From the NCBI GenBank assembly GCA_017448185.1, contig JAFSLX010000049.1, positions 1,152 to 65,151 on the forward strand: a stretch of DNA of 64,000 nt, given 5' to 3'. The notes beneath the pieces were generated by a model, which searched no databases, was not told the origin of the DNA, and saw nothing but the letters and a program-made list of their open reading frames with translations. The translations under genes were made by a program, and so were the position numbers. This document shows, piece after piece, positions 1-8,879 of the stretch; positions within the stretch are counted from its first letter, which is position 1; the number at the start of each line of letters is the position of its first letter. Source of the DNA: Bacteroidales bacterium (GTDB lineage Bacteria; Bacteroidota; Bacteroidia; Bacteroidales; P3).

Positions 1-2127
1 GTCGAGCTGCAACTGGCGCACCAGCTCCTCACAGCAGTCGTAGAGGTCGAGCGACTGCAGATAGGCTGGGCGAAAGTCAATCAGGCTGTTAGCCTCGTGC
101 AGCAGGCGCGGCAGGTCGACGCCCTCGGGGTCAAGGAAAGCATCGTTGCGCGGATGGGCGATGAGGCCGAGTGCGGAAAGCCTGTGCAGCAGGTCGGCGG
201 TCGACACGCGGTCGGTACGGTCGCGCACACAACGCAGAGCGGCCACGATGGCCATCACCGCATCGCTGCTGCGCAGGTAGAACGACTCGGTCGAGGTCTG
301 CGGCACATCGCTGTGGGCCGTCAGGTAGGCACTGATGCGGGCCAAATCGCTGTTGCTGCGGGCCAGAATCATGATGTCGCCATAGGCGTAACCCTGTGTG
401 CGGAGCTGCTGTATCGTATTGATTATATGATTGTATGCAGCATCGGGGTCGTTGCGTGGGAAGAAGTCGATGCCGACATGGCCCGACGGTTTGACAGGCA
501 CCTGTCGCAACGCTTCTTTGCCCTTATCGTTAAGCTCGCCGTTGGTCTGGCCGATATAAATATCCTGTGCCAGTGCTCCGCCGGCCTTACGATTTCGCAT
601 CACCCACGAAAAGAACTGGTTGTTGAAATCGACCACCACCTTGCAGGTGCGACGGCACTCGGTGAGCTCGACTGTGCGGCAGCGGCGAAGCGAATCGCCG
701 TGAAGCGGCAGCCCCTCGACCTCGGGCAGACGCACAAATTGGCGCACATCGCCCTGACGGAAGCGGTAGATGGCCTGCTTGCCATCGCCCACCACCAGCG
801 ACTCGCAGCCCTGCGACAGGCCGTTGTCGAGCAAAGGTACCAGATTGTGCCACTGAAGGACCGAGGTATCCTGAAACTCGTCGATCAGAAAGTGGCGGTA
901 GCGGTTGCCGAGGCGCTCGTAGATGAACGGGGCGGGTTCCTCGCGCACTATATTATTTATCAGTCGGTTGAATTCGGACAGGTGCATCACCTCGTTGTCG
1001 CGCGAGTAGGCTTCGAGTTCACGGTTGAGCAAGTTGAGCAGCGCCATCGAGTAGAGGTTGGCCAGCAGCACCGAGCGAGTGTTATATTCGACCAAGCCGT
1101 GCTCGAAATGGTCGGTCAGCGACTGGTAGAGTTGCTGCATTCGGGGTGCTAAGGTATCGAAAGCGTTGGCCGACGGACTTTTGGCCGCGGCAAACTTGCC
1201 ATTGGCGAAGGCATCGGCGGTGCGCTTGCCAGGCTGCTCGATCATCCCCTGCGACAACCTGCGGAAATAGCCGTAGAAACCAGTGTTGCCATAGGCACAA
1301 TCCGCCCCCTCAAGACCATGACTGGCAAGCAGTTCTATCATTTCGGTGCCGATCGACCGCAGCCGTGCCTCGAAACGGGCGTTAGCCTCGCTATAGGAGC
1401 GGTGTATCTCACGGAAATCGTTGAGAGAAAGTTTTGAGAGGGCCTCGAGATGTTTGCTGGCATCCTCTTTAAACAACTGTTTGGCCAAGGTGCCGATCAG
1501 TTCCTCGACCTTATAGCCCTTGTCGCTCTCCATACGGCTGTCGGCAAAGGCACTTAGAACACGTGTAAGTTCCTCGTTTCCATTTGTTCCAACCAGCGAC
1601 ATCAGTTGTTCTATGGCATGGTCGATCATCTCCTGCTGGTCAGGCATCACCTCGAAGTTCACAGGTTTGTCGAGGTCGTGGGCAAAGGTGCGGACAATGC
1701 GGTGCATGAAACTGTCGATGGTACTGACCGAGAAGTCGGAATAATGGTGCATCAGCAGACTCAGCAGATGGGCCGCACGGCGCTGCATTTCAGGTGCGTC
1801 GAGGGGTCGTTTGCGGAAATAAGGGCGGCGGTTCAGCTCTTCTATTAATTGCCGTCCCATCGAATCCTTCTGCATATCGACGCCCTGCGCCATGGAGGTC
1901 AGTTCGTCCAAGATGCGCTCCTTCATCTCGTTGACGGCCTTGTTGGTGAAGGTAATGGCAAGGATGCTGCGAAAACGGAGCGCCAGCAAGTCGAACGATT
2001 TGCCGTCGGTCAGCGGTTCTTCGTCGGGACCGTCGAACGCCAGCGTAAGGAACTGCTTGACCAGCATGTGGGTTTTGCCGGTGCCGGCCGAGGCTTTGCA
2101 GATGATGAACGGATTCGTTTCGGGCAT
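1..2127 (-). CDS. UvrD/AddA-like superfamily 1 DNA helicase, N-terminal ~709 codons (3' end lies beyond the window start)
   Basis: Absent from the ORF track because no stop is reached. The reverse complement from ATG 2127-2125 reads MPETNPFIICKASAGTGKTHMLVKQFLTL (Walker A) and stays open to position 1, with FLIDEFQDTS (motif II) further in. The + strand ORFs 97-1152 and 1849-2232 are shadow frames. Confidence 0.85.
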   Translation of the reverse strand, partial: MPETNPFIICKASAGTGKTHMLVKQFLTLAFDGPDEEPLTDGKSFDLLALRFRSILAITFTNKAVNEMKERILDELTSMAQGVDMQKDSMGRQLIEELNRRPYFRKRPLDAPEMQRRAAHLLSLLMHHYSDFSVSTIDSFMHRIVRTFAHDLDKPVNFEVMPDQQEMIDHAIEQLMSLVGTNGNEELTRVLSAFADSRMESDKGYKVEELIGTLAKQLFKEDASKHLEALSKLSLNDFREIHRSYSEANARFEARLRSIGTEMIELLASHGLEGADCAYGNTGFYGYFRRLSQGMIEQPGKRTADAFANGKFAAAKSPSANAFDTLAPRMQQLYQSLTDHFEHGLVEYNTRSVLLANLYSMALLNLLNRELEAYSRDNEVMHLSEFNRLINNIVREEPAPFIYERLGNRYRHFLIDEFQDTSVLQWHNLVPLLDNGLSQGCESLVVGDGKQAIYRFRQGDVRQFVRLPEVEGLPLHGDSLRRCRTVELTECRRTCKVVVDFNNQFFSWVMRNRKAGGALAQDIYIGQTNGELNDKGKEALRQVPVKPSGHVGIDFFPRNDPDAAYNHIINTIQQLRTQGYAYGDIMILARSNSDLARISAYLTAHSDVPQTSTESFYLRSSDAVMAIVAALRCVRDRTDRVSTADLLHRLSALGLIAHPRNDAFLDPEGVDLPRLLHEANSLIDFRPAYLQSLDLYDCCEELVRQLQLD

Positions 2128-2212
2128 GCTTGGTGTTATCAATTCGGCTGCAAATTTACAACATTTTTCCAGAATCGAGTAAAAAATATTTCTGTATGTC
2201 TTTTTTCTTTTG

Positions 2213-2220
2213 TATATTTG
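2213..2220 (+). promoter_or_regulatory. Bacteroidota -7 promoter box TATATTTG upstream of mutA
   Basis: Matches TAnnTTTG, 38 nt upstream of ATG 2258. The ORF-track start at 2210 is a TTG inside this box. Confidence 0.55.
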
Positions 2221-2257
2221 CATTTTATATAAAGAACAAAATAAACGATACAACATA

Positions 2258-4123
2258 ATGGAAGACAACAAATTATTCAGTGAATTCCCGCCTGTTTCGA
2301 CCGAGAAATGGGAAGAGGTAATCAACAAAGACCTCAAAGGTGCCGATTATGAGAAGAAACTTGTGTGGCGCACTATCGAAGGATTCAAAGTGAAACCCTA
2401 CTACCGTGCCGAAGACTTGGAAGGTCTTGAATATCTCGACAGCAACCCCGGACAGATACCCTTCACCCGTGGCAAGCACTCTACCGACAATGTGTGGGAT
2501 GTGCGTCAAGACATCAACGTGAAAGACCTCGCCGAGGCCAACCGTATTGCCCTCGATGCCGTCGAGCGCGGTGCCACATCGCTGGGTCTCTGTGCCAAAG
2601 AGGTCACCTCTGTAGCCGATCTTGAGAAGCTCTTCAAAGGTATCTATATCAATGCAGTCAACATCAACTTTATTTGCTCGAATGACTACCTCCAGCTGCT
2701 TAAGCTCTATGTCGAGTATGCCAAGAAAGCCGGTTACAATACCGAGGAACTGTGCGGTTCGGTCAATTTCGACATGTTCCGCTATGCCTTGAGCCACGGC
2801 AAATTCCATCGTGGTGAAGAAGGCGACCTGCAGATGGCCAAAGAACTGGTCGAGTACGCCCACGAGGCGCTGCCCAAATTCCGCGTACTCACTGTCAACG
2901 GACAACTGCTGAACAATGCCGGCAGCAACATCGTGCAGGAGCTCGGCTTCAGTTTGGCTGCCGCCAACGAGCTGGTGAGCCGCCTCACCGACATGGGCTG
3001 CAAAATGGAACATGTGGCCAGTTCGGTGATGCTCAACGTCGGCGTGGGCAGCACCTACTTCATGGAGATTGCAAAAATCCGTGCCGCCCGCCTGCTGTGG
3101 AGCAAGATTGTCGAGCAGTACAAACCCGAGTGCAACTGCGCCTACAAGCTCTTCATCACCGCCACCACCAGCCGCTGGAATCAGTCGGTCTATGACCCGT
3201 ACGTCAACATGCTGCGCTCCACCACCGAGGCCATGAGCGCCGCCGTGGCCGGTGCCGACAGCATCAGCGTGCTGCCCTTCGACAGCGCCTTCAAGGATGC
3301 CGACGATTTCGGCTACCGCATTGCCCGCAACAAGCAGTTGCTGCTTAAGGAAGAGAGCTATCTGGACAAGATTGTCGACCCCGCCGCCGGCAGCTATTAT
3401 ATTGAGAACCTCACCGACGAAATTGCCAAGGGTGCTTGGGAGTATTTCCTGCATATCGAGGAGCAGGGCGGCTTCTGCAAAGCCATCCGTGCCGGCTACG
3501 TGCAGGACGAGGTGGAAAAGACAGCCCGTCAACGCGACCTCGACATTGCCACCCGCAAGACCACCATTCTCGGCACCAACCAGTACCCCAACCTACTCGA
3601 GAAGATGGGCGACAAAGTGGGTGCAGAGAAAGGCCACTGCTGCTGCCATTGTGAGCAGGGCGACGAAGTGCGCGTGCTGAAGGCTTATCGCGGTGCCGAA
3701 GTATTCGAGCAGATGCGTCTGGCCACCGAGAAGGCCGCCCACCGTCCCAAAGTGTTCCTGCTGACCTATGGCAACCTCGCCATGCGCAAAACCCGTGCAG
3801 GCTTCGCCACCAACTTCTTTGGTGTAGCTGGATACGAAATCATCGACAATCCCGGTTTTGCCACTCCCGAAGAGGGTGCCGAGGCCGCCCTGAAGTCGGG
3901 TGCCGACATCGTGGTGCTCTGTTCAAGCGACGACGAGTATGCCGAGCTCACCGAACCCGTCTGCAAAGCCCTCAAGGGCAAGGTGAAGAGCCTGGTGCTG
4001 GCCGGCTTCCCCAAGGATATGGTCGAGACCTACAAGGGCTACGGTATTGACGAGTTCATCCACGTGAAAACCAACGTGCTCGAATGCCTCACCGCATTCC
4101 AGAAGCAATTTGGTATCCTCTGA
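2258..4123 (+). CDS. mutA: methylmalonyl-CoA mutase small (beta) subunit
   Basis: MEDNKLFSEFPPVSTEKWEEVINKDLKGADYEKKLVWRTIEGFKVKPYYRAEDL is a typical MutA N-terminus. The C-terminal B12-domain-like region reads KVFLLTYGNLAMRKTRAGFATNFFGVAGYEI. Start moved to the first ATG. Confidence 0.9.
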   Translation: MEDNKLFSEFPPVSTEKWEEVINKDLKGADYEKKLVWRTIEGFKVKPYYRAEDLEGLEYLDSNPGQIPFTRGKHSTDNVWDVRQDINVKDLAEANRIALDAVERGATSLGLCAKEVTSVADLEKLFKGIYINAVNINFICSNDYLQLLKLYVEYAKKAGYNTEELCGSVNFDMFRYALSHGKFHRGEEGDLQMAKELVEYAHEALPKFRVLTVNGQLLNNAGSNIVQELGFSLAAANELVSRLTDMGCKMEHVASSVMLNVGVGSTYFMEIAKIRAARLLWSKIVEQYKPECNCAYKLFITATTSRWNQSVYDPYVNMLRSTTEAMSAAVAGADSISVLPFDSAFKDADDFGYRIARNKQLLLKEESYLDKIVDPAAGSYYIENLTDEIAKGAWEYFLHIEEQGGFCKAIRAGYVQDEVEKTARQRDLDIATRKTTILGTNQYPNLLEKMGDKVGAEKGHCCCHCEQGDEVRVLKAYRGAEVFEQMRLATEKAAHRPKVFLLTYGNLAMRKTRAGFATNFFGVAGYEIIDNPGFATPEEGAEAALKSGADIVVLCSSDDEYAELTEPVCKALKGKVKSLVLAGFPKDMVETYKGYGIDEFIHVKTNVLECLTAFQKQFGIL

Positions 4124-5217
4124 TGCTCGATTCGCTCAAGCGCATTGACCGTTACATTCTGGGCAAGTACCTGAAGACTTTCCTTCTGGCACTTGCCCTT
4201 ATTATCGTTATTGTCATCACCTTCGACGTATCGGAGAAACTTGACGATTTCCTGAGCCACCACGCCACGTTCTGGCAAGTGGTGTTCGATTATTACTTCA
4301 ATTTCATTCCCGGCTTCGTTAACCTCTACAGCCCGCTGTTCATCTTCATCGCAGTGATATTCTTCACCTCGAAGATGGCCGGCAACACCGAGATTATAGC
4401 CATCCTCGGCTCGGGCATCAGCTACCGACGCTTGCTGCGACCCTACCTGTATGGCGCATCGATAGTGGCCCTCATCGTGCTTCTGCTCGGCAACTTCGTC
4501 ATCCCCCTATCGCAGCGCCATCTGATTGAATTCGAGGAAGTATATGTCAAATCGAAAGCCACCAACTACTACAACAACCTTCATTTCCAAGCCGAACCGG
4601 GCGTGCAGGTGTATGCCGAGAGCTACGACGTGACCATGCAACGCGCCTTCAAGTTCCGCCGCGAGGAGATTGCCCCCGACGGACAGCTGGTCAAGCGCGA
4701 GAGCGCCGACATCATCCACTTCGACACCGTCACCCACCTCTGGCACTGCAACGGCTACTCGCTCCGCACCATCGACAGCAACCGCAACGAAAGCCTCAGC
4801 TTCAAGAGCACCCACGACGACAGCTTCGGCCTCGACCCGGCCGACTTCGACCTGCTTTCGAAACGCATCGAAACCATGAACACCCCCGCGCTGATTCGCC
4901 ACATTCACCGCGAACAGATGCGCGGAACCGGCACCGTGAAGGAAGCCCAAATCGAATTCTTCCAGCGCATGCTCAACCCCCTGGCCATCATTGTCATGAC
5001 CTTTATCGGCGTGTCCATCGCCTCGCGCAAAAGCCGCGGTGGCACCGGTGTCCACCTCGCCATCGGCATCACCATCGCCTTCACCTTCATCGTGTTCATG
5101 AAAGTCACCACCGTCTTCGCCACCAACGGCAACCTGCACCCCTTCCTCGCCGTGCTGTTGCCCCAGCTGGTCTACGGCCTCGCCGCCGTATATCTCATCC
5201 ATAAAGCACCGAAATAG
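4123..5217 (+). CDS. LptF/LptG family permease (YjgP/YjgQ)
   Basis: MLDSLKRIDRYILGKYLKTFLLALALIIVIVITFD plus multiple TM segments. The ATG overlaps the mutA stop (TGATG). Confidence 0.85.
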   Translation: MLDSLKRIDRYILGKYLKTFLLALALIIVIVITFDVSEKLDDFLSHHATFWQVVFDYYFNFIPGFVNLYSPLFIFIAVIFFTSKMAGNTEIIAILGSGISYRRLLRPYLYGASIVALIVLLLGNFVIPLSQRHLIEFEEVYVKSKATNYYNNLHFQAEPGVQVYAESYDVTMQRAFKFRREEIAPDGQLVKRESADIIHFDTVTHLWHCNGYSLRTIDSNRNESLSFKSTHDDSFGLDPADFDLLSKRIETMNTPALIRHIHREQMRGTGTVKEAQIEFFQRMLNPLAIIVMTFIGVSIASRKSRGGTGVHLAIGITIAFTFIVFMKVTTVFATNGNLHPFLAVLLPQLVYGLAAVYLIHKAPK

Positions 5218-5219
5218 CA

Positions 5220-5639
5220 ATGACCATCCAAGAAATTTCACAACAGATTATCGACGAATTCGCCAACTTCGACGAATGGCTCGACCGCTATGCCTACCTC
5301 ATCGACCTCGGCAAAGAATGCCCCGTCATCGACGAAAAGGACAAAAACGACAGCAACCTCATCAAGGGTTGCCAGAGCCGCGTGTGGCTCAGCTGCGAAC
5401 AGCGCGACGGCCGCCTCTACTTCCGGGCCGACAGCGACGCCGTCATCACCCGCGGCATCATCACCCTCCTCATCCGCGTCCTCGACGGACAGACCCCGCA
5501 GGACATCCTCGACGCCGACCTCGCATTCATCGACGCCATCGGCCTCAAAGAGCACCTCTCCCCAACCCGCTCCAACGGCCTCACCTCGATGGTCAAGCAG
5601 ATGAAGATGTACGCTTTAGCTTATAAGATGAAAGGTTAA
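5220..5639 (+). CDS. sufE: SufE-like cysteine desulfuration (sulfur acceptor) protein
   Basis: The 139-aa product contains LIKGCQSRVWL with the conserved Cys, the typical SufE/CsdE signature. Confidence 0.85.
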   Translation: MTIQEISQQIIDEFANFDEWLDRYAYLIDLGKECPVIDEKDKNDSNLIKGCQSRVWLSCEQRDGRLYFRADSDAVITRGIITLLIRVLDGQTPQDILDADLAFIDAIGLKEHLSPTRSNGLTSMVKQMKMYALAYKMKG

Positions 5640-5640
5640 T

Positions 5641-5958
5641 ATGGAACCCACGCAAGAAACCATCAAGAGCGCAGTCATCAACTGCCTGAAAAACATCTAC
5701 GACCCCGAGATTCCGGTCAACATCTACGATCTCGGCCTCATCTACAACGTCGACGTCGACACCGACCTCAATGTCAAAATACTGATGACCATGACCGCGC
5801 CCGACTGTCCCGAGGCCGAATACATGTTCCAGGAAGTGCGCCAGATGGTGAGCTACATCAGCGGCGTGAAAAGCGTCGACGTCGAGCTCACCTTCGACCC
5901 GCCTTGGAGCATGGACATGATACCCGACGAAATCAAAGTGGAACTCGGATTTATGTAA
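5641..5958 (+). CDS. DUF59/MIP18-family Fe-S assembly protein (SufT-like)
   Basis: Contains IYDPEIPVNIYDLGLIY and MTMTAPDCPEAEYM, the DUF59 signature. It starts 1 nt after the sufE stop. Confidence 0.85.
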   Translation: MEPTQETIKSAVINCLKNIYDPEIPVNIYDLGLIYNVDVDTDLNVKILMTMTAPDCPEAEYMFQEVRQMVSYISGVKSVDVELTFDPPWSMDMIPDEIKVELGFM

Positions 5959-5970
5959 CCTTCAACCCCC

Positions 5971-7062
5971 ATGAAACTCTTCCGAAAACGCTCCGCCACC
6001 AACCTCTCCGGCCGCTCGCTCGACCGGATGGCATGGCACCGTTTCCGCCGCAACCCGCTGTCGGTGGCCAGCCTGGTGGTAATCGGTCTCTTCGCCGTCA
6101 CCGCCCTGCTCGGCTACCTCATCACCCCCGACAGCACCCCCTTCTGCAACCAGCAGTACCTCGAGCTCGCCACCCTAAAGCCTTTCTCCAAGGCCACCTT
6201 CCTAATCACCGACGAAAACACCCCGTCCTCCTCCCACCGCTCGCCCCTCTCCACCATGCTCCACGGCCAGCCACTGCCCTACACCGCCACCCCCATACTT
6301 GGCCACGAACGCTCGGCCGACAGCATCGTCGCCACCCCCTACAACGGCGACCCCATCGTCGTCGCAGCCTCCGAGGCACGCGTCGAAACCCGCACCTTCG
6401 TCCTCGGCACCGACGCCTACGGCCGCGACGTGCTCAGCATGCTCATCATCGGCTCGCGAGTCAGCCTCTCGGTGGGCTTCATCGCACTGATAATAGCACT
6501 GATAATAGGCATCACCCTCGGCGCCGTCGCCGCCTACCGCGGCGGATGGGTCGACAACCTCGTCATGTGGCTCATCAACGTCGTCTGGTCCATCCCCACC
6601 GTACTGCTCGTCATCGCCATCACCTTCGCCCTCGGCAAAGGCTTCTGGCAGATATTCATCGCCGTAGGCCTCACCATGTGGGTCGACATAGCCCGCGTGG
6701 TGCGCGGCGAAGTGCTCAGCATCAAGGAAAAAGAATACATCGAGGCCACCCGCGCCCTCGGCTACAGCACCTTCCGCACCATCTTCCGCCACATACTGCC
6801 CAACATCGCCGGCGCCATCATCGTCATCGCAGCCTCCAACTTCGCCACCGCCATACTGCTCGAGGCCGGCCTCAGCTACCTCGGCATCGGAGTCCAGCCC
6901 CCCATGCCCTCATGGGGCATGATGGTCAAGGACAACACAGGCTACATCCTGCTCGACAGCGCCTACCTCGCCCTGCTGCCCGGCGCAGCCATCATGATTA
7001 TCGTTCTCGCATTCATGCTGCTCGGCAACGGCCTCCGCGACTCTCTCGACATCAAAAACTGA
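5971..7062 (+). CDS. ABC transporter permease (DppC/OppC-like), no partner ABC genes nearby
   Basis: The N-terminal TM segment and binding-protein-dependent permease core (ATRALGYSTFRTIFRHILPNIAGAIIV) are recognisable. The overlapping 407-aa + ORF at 5904 is an Arg/His/Pro-rich shadow frame. Confidence 0.85.
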   Translation: MKLFRKRSATNLSGRSLDRMAWHRFRRNPLSVASLVVIGLFAVTALLGYLITPDSTPFCNQQYLELATLKPFSKATFLITDENTPSSSHRSPLSTMLHGQPLPYTATPILGHERSADSIVATPYNGDPIVVAASEARVETRTFVLGTDAYGRDVLSMLIIGSRVSLSVGFIALIIALIIGITLGAVAAYRGGWVDNLVMWLINVVWSIPTVLLVIAITFALGKGFWQIFIAVGLTMWVDIARVVRGEVLSIKEKEYIEATRALGYSTFRTIFRHILPNIAGAIIVIAASNFATAILLEAGLSYLGIGVQPPMPSWGMMVKDNTGYILLDSAYLALLPGAAIMIIVLAFMLLGNGLRDSLDIKN

Positions 7063-7074
7063 ACACCCCCGATC

Positions 7075-7170
7075 GTTGTTCGGTTGTTGTTCAGTCGTTG
7101 TTCAGTCATTGTCCAGTGCATGACTGAACAACAACTGAACAACAACCGAACAACAGCCGAACAACAACAC
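7075..7170. repeat. Long palindromic intergenic repeat, copy A (11-nt GTTGTTCAGTC units)
   Basis: Left arm 7075-7109 GTTGTTCGGTTGTTGTTCAGTCGTTGTTCAGTCAT, 10-nt loop, right arm 7120-7154. The arms are complementary at 34 of 35 positions. Confidence 0.9.
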
Positions 7171-7306
7171 TGGAAGGACACAAAACTGGCCGAAAAAAAA
7201 CACGGAAACAAGCCTTTAAGAATCATTAACAATACTAATTACACTGAAAAACAACACATTAACCACTTGTACAAAAATATTATGCAGCCATATCGAAAAA
7301 ACTTCG

Positions 7307-7314
7307 TACTTTTG
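7307..7314 (+). promoter_or_regulatory. -7 promoter box TACTTTTG
   Basis: TAnnTTTG match 48 nt upstream of ATG 7362. Confidence 0.55.
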
Positions 7315-7361
7315 CACCCAAATATTGAAACAAATAATTATTAACAAAAAAATCAAACACA

Positions 7362-7904
7362 ATGAAGAACATTTTCAAACTTATGGGCATCGCCCTGCTC
7401 GCCAGCTCGATGATTTTCGTTTCCTGCAAAAAGGATAACGACGGTGATGAACCCACCCCCCAGCAGGAGAACGTCTACACCCTGAAATGGGATGGCCAGA
7501 CTCAGAACCCCGGTTATGTTGGAGCCATGACCAACGGCCAGATGTTTGCCTTCCAGGCTGCCGACCACATTGAGGGCGAGAGCATTTATCTCCCCATCTT
7601 CACCGTCTACATGACGGGTACCAGCGCCAGCGACATGGCTATCATCCCTAACTACACCGAAGTGGGTATTGAGACTGTTTACTCCTCCGAAAACGGCGCC
7701 CAGTACCTCGATTGGCAGTATGACGAAGAGGGCAACCAGAGCTTCAAAGTCACTGCTTTCGATGCTACCACCTACAAGATGAGCGCCGAGATGTCTCTTA
7801 CTTTCTACAGCCTCGCCGACTATATCGACGGCAACTCCTCGCCCGCCCAGAAGGTTATGGACCTGACCCTGACCAACTACACCTTTGAGATGGTTCAACA
7901 ATAA
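7362..7904 (+). CDS. hypothetical lipoprotein
   Basis: Lipobox signal MKNIFKLMGIALLASSMIFVSC. Coding-like composition, and the promoter box lies upstream. Confidence 0.7.
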   Translation: MKNIFKLMGIALLASSMIFVSCKKDNDGDEPTPQQENVYTLKWDGQTQNPGYVGAMTNGQMFAFQAADHIEGESIYLPIFTVYMTGTSASDMAIIPNYTEVGIETVYSSENGAQYLDWQYDEEGNQSFKVTAFDATTYKMSAEMSLTFYSLADYIDGNSSPAQKVMDLTLTNYTFEMVQQ

Positions 7905-7925
7905 ATCCCTAAAAAAAGCAACACG

Positions 7926-8297
7926 ATGAAAAACATCAAATTTTTAGGTCTCGCCGCTCTCGCTATGGTCTTCACCGTGGCCTGCAACAACAACAAAGCC
8001 GCCGAAGAGGACACCACCGTCTGCGACACCACCATCGACATGGTGCTCGACACCACCATCGAGGCCGAAGCAGTTGACACCACCGCTGTGGTTGCCGAGG
8101 CTCCCGTTGCTAAAAAAACCACTGCCAAGAAGGAAGAGGCTGCTCCCAAGAACGTCACCAAAAAGGCCACTCTGACCAAAACCGACGCCAAAGAAGTTGC
8201 TTCCGAGCTGAAGGCCACTGAAGAAAAATCAGTCACGACCGCAGAGCAGAACCTTGGCAAGAGAAAGAGCGCCAAAGAAGCTTTCAAGAAAAACTAA
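7926..8297 (+). CDS. hypothetical lipoprotein, DTT-rich then Lys/Glu-rich
   Basis: Lipobox signal MKNIKFLGLAALAMVFTVAC. Followed by an intrinsic terminator. Confidence 0.65.
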   Translation: MKNIKFLGLAALAMVFTVACNNNKAAEEDTTVCDTTIDMVLDTTIEAEAVDTTAVVAEAPVAKKTTAKKEEAAPKNVTKKATLTKTDAKEVASELKATEEKSVTTAEQNLGKRKSAKEAFKKN

Positions 8298-8317
8298 TAA
8301 TTTCTTGCAACATGAAA

Positions 8318-8350
8318 AGAGAGTATCCTGCAAGGGTACTCTCTTTTTTT
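8318..8350 (+). terminator. rho-independent terminator
   Basis: AGAGAGTATCC-tgca-GGGTACTCTCT hairpin followed by TTTTTTT. Confidence 0.75.
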
Positions 8351-8364
8351 AAACAAAAATCACC

Positions 8365-8874
8365 ATGAAAGCACGGCTTCTAAGCACCGTAGCACTCCTG
8401 CTGACACTCTGTGGCTGCAACGGCGGCGAACGGAAACAGATCGAGCAGACGGCATTCGCCTACCTCGACGCAATGGGCAACTATAGAATCGAAGAGGCCA
8501 AACCCTACTCCTCGCCCCGCACCATCGAGACGGCCATAGCGCTTTGCGAAAGGATTATGCCCTCGGTCGACACCTCGTACATCAAATCCAATACCCCTGC
8601 CCAAATCACCATCAAATCGGTCCATATCGAGACTGACACAACGGCCTACGTCCTTTTCCACAAATCGACCCCAATCACACAACAAGACGACACCCTCCGA
8701 CTTGTAAAAATCGAAGGGAAATGGCTGGCAAACGTAGTCATCAATCTCCCAAACTTATTGAGCGATGACACAATACCCGCGCGGGAGAGACGACTCACCC
8801 AAGAACAACTGAAATCAATGGAAGCCAGACCGCTCGATACCTCCTATCACCCCAACCAACTTCCAAAACAATAG
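8365..8874 (+). CDS. hypothetical lipoprotein
   Basis: Signal MKARLLSTVALLLTLCGC with lipobox Cys. 169 aa. Confidence 0.65.
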   Translation: MKARLLSTVALLLTLCGCNGGERKQIEQTAFAYLDAMGNYRIEEAKPYSSPRTIETAIALCERIMPSVDTSYIKSNTPAQITIKSVHIETDTTAYVLFHKSTPITQQDDTLRLVKIEGKWLANVVINLPNLLSDDTIPARERRLTQEQLKSMEARPLDTSYHPNQLPKQ

Positions 8875-8879
8875 GAACT

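Noticed and set aside
97-1152. 351-aa + strand ORF (and 1849-2232 +) at the window start
   Set aside because: It lies antisense to a clearly recognisable UvrD-like helicase frame. It starts with GTG, and its Ala/Val/Gly/His/Arg-rich composition is typical of a shadow frame in GC-rich coding DNA.
5904-7127. 407-aa Arg/His/Pro-rich ORF in an alternative + frame of the ABC permease (also 15555-16319 + over the SAM hydrolase gene)
   Set aside because: The extreme Arg/Pro/His composition is typical of an off-frame reading of GC-rich genes. The permease and DUF62 frames carry the real motifs.
7075-7170. Whether the GTTGTTCAGTC unit arrays are CRISPR arrays
   Set aside because: The units are directly abutting 11-mers with no unique spacers. 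They are arranged as inverted arms, each locus is under 100 bp, and no cas genes are nearby.
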